Origin: Eledone cirrhosa
Taxonomy: Eukaryota
DNA length: 64,000 bases
Assembly: GCA_964016885.1 (NCBI GenBank)
Contig: OZ024740.1
Location: 382,478,001-382,542,000 of the forward strand
Reading direction: 5' to 3'
Below the pieces are notes generated by a model that was given only the letters and a program-made list of their open reading frames with translations, made no database searches and was not told the DNA's origin. The position numbers were made by a program, and so were the translations under genes. This document shows positions 56,331 through 64,000 of the stretch, in pieces; position 1 is the first letter of the stretch, and every line of letters begins with the position of its first letter.

Positions 56331-57429
56331 AGCCAACCTCACTACCAAATATTAAACCTTTGTATAACAAATAATTGTTGACATTAAAACTACTCAAAAC
56401 TATTTTTATTCTTCTTAAAACGATGTTAGTGATATAATTAAACGGTATCTCTTGCAATTGTATATTCACAACCAGCGCATATAATGCATTGAAGTATGAA
56501 TATAGTATTACAGGATCCTTATCTATAGACTTGAAGGCCATATAATGTTTGTTAGTAGTCAGTGGTGTGTTTTAACAGGGGGGGGGGGGGTGATAAAACA
56601 ATGGAAAATCAGATAATGTGTGACAGCCAAGATTCTAGTCGCATCCAACATACCATGCAGACATAAACAAACACGCGTATTCTCTCTCACTCTCATACAC
56701 ACAGACTCAAACACACACACACACACATATATATATATATGTATGTATATATATATATATGTATCTATATATATATATATATATATGTATGTATATATTT
56801 ATGATAAAAGTGGGCCTAGATTTATCGCGCTACCATTTGAATTAATACCAAATAAAACGCAAATAGTATCGTAACTGACTGTATCTAATTACAACATAAA
56901 ACATTATGACAAAAACACAAATCTAAAATTTTGATGCACGTGTTCAGCAGTCTATTTCCAGTCGATGTCATTTCCACCCCTTTTCTGAGCCTCACTCCTC
57001 TCAGAAAACAACCAAACGGTCACCCTGACAAACACCATTAATGTTAAGATTTATAGACCCTTATCCCATAATTAATAATAAATAAAAGATAAAATAAATA
57101 TTTAAAAAAAAGCTTTCAGTAAAGTTACGACTCACGCAGAAATAAGGATGTCACCCACTTTATCTATATAACATGAATTAAAATAACTAACTTCTAGTAC
57201 AACTGACTACATCAAATTAAAATTTAACAAGAGCAACCACATTTCATACGATTCTACAATCAATATCAGTCATACACTCACTACTCATTCAACTCATTTC
57301 AGGTTCCTATATCCTCATACCGCATACCCTCATATATCATGAGTCATCTCTAAATATGATGAACTCTGAAAATACAACATTAATTCTTGGAGAATTATAT
57401 TAAAATGAACTACTAAACTGTATATGTAG

Positions 57430-57822
<393 letters not shown>

Positions 57823-58507
57823 TTGTAGGTCTGTGTATTAAGAAGGATATGTTATGGCTTTCTGTGATATAAAATCTTAGATCCAATTACCGTGCACACA
57901 TATACATGTATTTCACAGTTCAATGATTTATCATATGTTCTAGAAGTAGTTCATACTCCTACCATCTAAGATGATTATGCATTTTGATGTGTGCTCTGTT
58001 GTCTTGGAAGATTATTGTCATCCTGGGATTATAGAATATCTCTGTGGGAATTCGATTTGAAAAGAATGTGTATATGAGTATATACATATGTGTATGTGTG
58101 AATGTGTGTGTGTATGTGTGAGTGAATGTGTATAATTATATTTTTGTGTGTTTGTGTGTGCCAGTGTGGGTGTGTTTCAGAGAGCGAGGGTGTGTGGTAG
58201 GGAAGAAGTCGCTAGAGATCACCATAACATGTCGTGAAATCCCCGCTGATCTGTGTATGATCCTCTTGTAACTTTGATTCGGAATTGCTTAATTTTATCA
58301 AAGAAAAGCATCAACCCACATATTACACCCCACACTGTTACGCTTCATGCTCTTCTACATTTGGATTAAGAAACGTAAACTCACAAAATTATAAGTAGAT
58401 GCTTAATGAGTGCGAATGTTTGTGTTTTTTTAAGTGCCTGTAGTGTAAAATACACACACACACATACATGTACACACCCACACATACACACATACACACA
58501 CATGCTG

Positions 58508-58553
<46 letters not shown>

Positions 58554-58572
58554 ACACACACACACCACACAT

Positions 58573-58645
<73 letters not shown>

Positions 58646-58983
58646 TACACACATATATATATATACATAATTATATACACATACTGGTTGAAAACTTTGT
58701 AGTAAATGAATAAGAGAATCCTGAGGGAATACATTACGTAAACGGCATCCAATAATACTGTGATTGGTGCAGATTTTTGAAGTTTGTACACCAATAGGTT
58801 AATCAATTTGGGATATGAACTCATTAATTAAATGTCCGTTTGAAAAAAAATACTTTGTATTTGCCATGTGTGTTTACGAATCTCTCAATAGATCGAATGT
58901 TATGTGTCTGTGTGTGTTACACGCCGCCGAGCCGTCGTCCGTCTTCCAAGTTAGTTTTACGTGTTGAGGCGTGTGTGTGCGTC

Positions 58984-59608
58984 GATGAAATACCAATGAA
59001 GGCTGGAAGATCACTGATGAAGGACTAAATTTATTCATATGTAACCCATTTGCAACCACGCAGTACGCCATGTTTTCATATTTTTCATATATTTATATAT
59101 TTTCCTCCGCTGTGACACGTCTGTTTCTTTCTTACTGCTTCCCCTTTCTCTGTATCTCTCACTTTCTTTTTACCCCCTCTGCCAGTCACTCTCTCGGTTA
59201 GCCTCTTCCTCACACTTTCACTTACTCACTTCTGCTACTCCCTCTCCTACTTCCTCCCGTATGACCTGTGCGAAATTCTTTCCTCACTCACATTTCGACC
59301 AGGTTGGATGGTCTTTATTCTCTCTCGTCTACGATTTCACAGAACTTATGTTCATCGATTTCAGGGACTTGACTCCTTCTTACTCACTTTTCGTTGCATT
59401 ACCAGCTTTGTTTGTTTACTGTCTCGCTCGTTCCCCCTATTTACGTGTCCCAACGACTTTCTTTAGCCGTTGCTCGCACCAACCAGAGGTATATGATCGT
59501 TAAAGTGATGAAATACCAATGAAGGCTGGAAGATCACTGATGAAGGACTAAAGTTATTCATATGTGACCCATTTACAACCACGCAGCACGCCTAGTTTTC
59601 ATATTTTT
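58984..59608 (+). repeat. ~100-bp direct repeats 523 bp apart
   Basis: gatgaaataccaatgaaggctggaagatcactgatgaaggactaaa... at 58984-59085 and 59507-59608. Confidence 0.85.
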
Positions 59609-60134
59609 TATATATATATATGCGCACACACACAAACAGTCACACATCCAGAAGTACAAACACACACATACATATTATATACTAAACTTTCATATTAAAC
59701 ACAAATTAGAACGAATATTAGGAGCTAAAATTAGTATAAACACGAGGTCACTATCCATGTCTTAGATTTGATTCAAGTATCGATAAGTTTATCATAAATG
59801 TGGATCCAAATTAATATATCATCTCTGGGATAAATGATACCGTACCGATATATAAATATATATATATATGCGTGTAGCCGGTTTCCTGTTTACCACGTAC
59901 ATAGCGATATGCAAAAACATCTTTTTAATTCGAAACATCTATCTCAAACAGCATGAAACAGACTGTTAGCTTCTCTGCCTTCTTCCGCCGAAAAGAAGTA
60001 AGTGACATAGTCACTACTTTAAAAATGATAGCGAATGGTCTTCAAAATGTTTTTAATTAAACATACGGTATATTGCCAAATATACAATGCATATGTTCAT
60101 GTATACATCACTATTTCAGAGCACCAATCCTAAC

Positions 60135-60235
<101 letters not shown>

Positions 60236-60754
60236 CAACATTGACATATCGATATCGTCGGGTTCTGGTCCACAATTTCTTCACCATGTCATGAGAAAAA
60301 TGGTCTTTCATTTTTCTCATGACATGCCTATGGATGTGTATGATCGTATGTGTGTGCGGAGAAATGTATAATGAGAGAATGAAGGAGACGTCCCTTATTT
60401 TTATCACAAGTGAACACATATTGTATATCATGGTCCATTTTGGGACAGGAGAATGGATCAAGGAAATAGCAACAAAATGAAACAGAAGAAAATATACAGA
60501 AAAATTAAAATAACTTAAAATAGCTTGTGAGCCAATCCTTTCAAAAGCTCGTATTAAAGAGTTTCGCTTGCCCTTTCAATTATACTGGACAATCACTGTT
60601 ATGAATGAAATATTTATTCTTTAAATTTATTTCCTTGAATTTTAATATTATTTCATCATTTTATACAAGCAGCCTAAAGTATATTTATTGTTTATAGAAT
60701 ATAATTTTCACGTGTGGGAAATTTTATCACAGGAAGTATCACAGGAAATATCAA

Positions 60755-60923
60755 TAATGTTTTCTACTTTTGGCATAATGCCAGCAATTACGCAGTACTT
60801 ATTTTATTGACCCCTGAAAAATTAAAGGCAAAGTTAACCTCGACGGGATTTGAACTCAGACCGTAAAGGTACATAACTATGCTAGAAAGCATGGCGTCCA
60901 ACCCTCTACCGATACTGACAATT
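60755..60923 (-). mobile_element. SINE family 1
   Basis: Reverse complement of the head, B box (gagttcaaatccc) and core. Confidence 0.85.
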
Positions 60924-62450
60924 GACCGCCCTATAAAATGAGGGAATATGAATAATGAAGTTACATTTGTTTAGCTGTGTGATATGTGGTGGCTTCACGA
61001 CAAAATATAACGCACCCTATGTATTTTCGAAATTTAGACTCTTGACACGTTTAAGGAATTTGAGTTGTAACATGTATCACTTAATACGAAAATTTACGTT
61101 TTATAAATATCCCAATATCTTTGTAGGAAATATGTTCCATACATACAAACATATATAAACACATACACAAAGACACGCACACACACATACACACTCACAC
61201 ACATATACATGCATATATATGTAATTGATGGAAGAAAGAAAAAAGTACTCCATACCGATAAAAACTTTAAATGTTCATTTTATTAAGGCTATATAATGTG
61301 ACTAGTTACACTGATGTTTCACATTCTTGCTCACAAGATCATAATACAAAAACTGTTCTTGACTGATGACTCTGTGCGTAAGCATCTGAAACTACATAGT
61401 AACCTTAACCTTAATAATATAAATATACCACCGAGAGTAAATTATTTTATTTAACAATTTTTCTCTTAGTAGAAACCATAGGAATCACCAGTTTAATTAA
61501 AAACCTGAACGATTAATACAATATCAATACAAATTATATAATTATGTAAGTATACTTCAAGTTGTACTTAATCGTATGTTAAATTCATAATAATATAATA
61601 AACTATCATTATTCTCCCACATTTATATATGGTATATGACCCAGATACATTATTAACATTATATATCGATTTATTTAATACAATATATAATGTTATCTCA
61701 TATAATCTCCTTTAGGTTTGATCTTAATAACTTATATTTCACTATTTCAATATGATTTATTAATTTTCTTAATCAACTCCCACACATATACCTCATTGAC
61801 ATATAAGAGATAACTATCCTTTAGATAAGTATACATGATAAACACATAATAATTCCAATGTATTTACTTAGCAATAATATTTAGATATCGCAAAATTTAA
61901 AGTTTACGTTGGAATTCTTACACCGGTATAATTCCTTGAATTACCTCCCTTACATTGCCAATAACATGTAAGTATTTTAATACATCTGACATCCTGTTAT
62001 TGTGGCATGCTACTTAATTAGATAAGTGATTTATGTTCATATTGTATTAATCATTTTGGATTTTATTAACTTTGATGATTCCAGTGGTTTGTGCTAACTA
62101 TTAGCAAATTGCTAAATAAAATAATTTGCTTTCGGTAGTATATGTCTATTCGACATCAGACAATTACAGTGTTACATGGCTTCATAATAAAATTACGTAT
62201 TATTTTGTATTTACGTATTCTATTTTGATAAATTAATGTGCTGTGCTGTGCACACATAACTAATTATTGCTTAGTTGGGTTATCAGTTATTCGTCAGAGA
62301 ATTGTAGTGTTCTTTGATAGCGTGAGTGATTACATGAGTACTTGTATTTCTTATATATATATATATATATATACTTTTTTATACACTTATTATTTTATAC
62401 ACTCACAAACACACTCTTTCACACACACGAACACTTACATAAACAGACAG

Positions 62451-62561
<111 letters not shown>

Positions 62562-62634
62562 CACGTATACACGCACACTCACACCCACAAATGCATTATA
62601 TATATATATATTTGTATGTGTAGCATTTGCTGAT

Positions 62635-62682
62635 TTCTAATGTTTCTATTGATTGTATCCTTTTCTTTCGTTTCAGGTAAGT
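62635..62682 (+). promoter_or_regulatory. Candidate recursive splice site (branch-like TTCTAAT, pyrimidine tract, CAG|GTAAGT)
   Basis: ttctaatgtttctattgattgtatccttttctttcgtttCAG GTAAGT. Confidence 0.55.
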
Positions 62683-62870
62683 AGCTCTAATGCTTTGATG
62701 TCAGTCTGGAGGTTAATATCAGCATTGTTGTCAGGTAAAATCAATATATAAATTTTCGTAATGTAGGACAGACCTCTATGTTTTTCTGTTTCTACACAAA
62801 ATGAGATTCCTGAAGATTTCTTATAATTGCGGATTGCTAAGTGGTATAAAACTGATGTGAATATGCACAC

Positions 62871-62950
<80 letters not shown>

Positions 62951-63438
62951 TTCTATCAGTGGCGACTTTAGCTCATTCCTGTAACTTGAGCTAAGCATAA
63001 TATTTTTACAAAATCTAGTAAACAAACATTTAAGCACCTAATTAATATATAGTCAAACTATATTTCAACCAATATATTTTTGTTCCCGCCTTGAATATTT
63101 GTTCCTCGATAATCGGGCATTATATAATGACCGATTTCATTACGAAAATATATTTTAAAAACTAATCCGAAGCAATATTTGTGAACCTCTCCATTGCATC
63201 CACATGAACCAGAAGATAATATCTGCAGATGGAACCCAACAATTAATTTAGATATATTGAAATACTTGGAAACAATATATGTCCTATTGGACATTACTAA
63301 AGTTTATTGACCCCGTTCAGAATATTTCATATAACTTTCTGAATAATGCATATTTATGTGTCCGGCGTAGATCAAAATCGTGGCATTGAAATAAAAGACA
63401 AAATAAATATAAAGACAAAAGACAAAATAAATATAAAT

Positions 63439-63620
63439 CATGCTTTGCAGCATAGAGTTACGGCACTTTATGATCTGAGTTCAAATCCCACTGAGGTTAA
63501 CGTTGCCTGTCATCATGAAGGGGTCGATAAAATAAAGTACCAGGCACACACTGGGATCGATTTAATCGACTTTTCCCTCCCCCAAAATTGCTGGCCTGGT
63601 GCCTATATAAGAAACCATTA
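63439..63620 (+). mobile_element. SINE family 1 (5'-truncated)
   Basis: gagttcaaatccc...ggggtcgataaaataaagtaccag...aaattgctggcctggtgccta. Confidence 0.85.
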
Positions 63621-64000
63621 GTACGGAAGTTATGGCAAATCTAGCCGAGTGGACGGCAGTCAATTTCAGTTATACCAACTATAAAGAAACACAGATCAAG
63701 TAAACTCTAATTATATAGTAAAAAAGCAAGACAGGAGGATAGAGGAAAATAGGCCTGGAGTCGTAATATCTATTATATGAGGTTTTCAATTAAATCCGCA
63801 TACAATAATAGATTGCGTGATAGTGAGTAATATTACACTACAATAGGTGACACCTGTTTGAGCATGGTATCTTTTCCGTGAATTAAATGTGTGTATTTAA
63901 CAGCGACATACTATTTTACTCTTTTACTCTTTTAGCTGTCCCAGCCATCCGGCTGAGGCCATGGTGGGGCACCGCCCTTGACATATGAATGTTATTGGCG

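Overview
AT-rich, repeat-dominated animal DNA. The (TA)n/(CA)n/(TTA)n microsatellites and SINE types suggest a coleoid cephalopod such as Octopus (inference). I found no convincing host exon; most ORF-track entries are microsatellite read-throughs. Contents: (1) Five Tx1/L1-clade LINE copies with (TTA)n-type tails, including a near full-length decayed copy (41286-47395) in a head-to-tail train. (2) Two tRNA-derived SINE families, plus mariner, CR1-like and R4/Dong-like relics. (3) About a dozen short elements from several unrelated families, almost all inside (TA)n or (TA)/(CA) tracts. Many are fold-back palindromes carrying type I hammerhead ribozyme (HHR) motifs (CTGANGA...GAAA-palindrome-UH), and they have a one-sided 3' tail with a shared ACTC...GAGTRCT motif. 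Decayed Penelope-like (PLE) GIY-YIG endonuclease fragments lie nearby, one linked to the same kind of HHR. This points to a PLE-driven, TA-microsatellite-targeted system of hairpin ribozyme elements. (4) Two strong AG|GTAAGT recursive-splice-like sites on the + strand, which hint that the window lies in a giant intron. All alignments and RNA folds were done by eye; family names are from memory, not from a database search.
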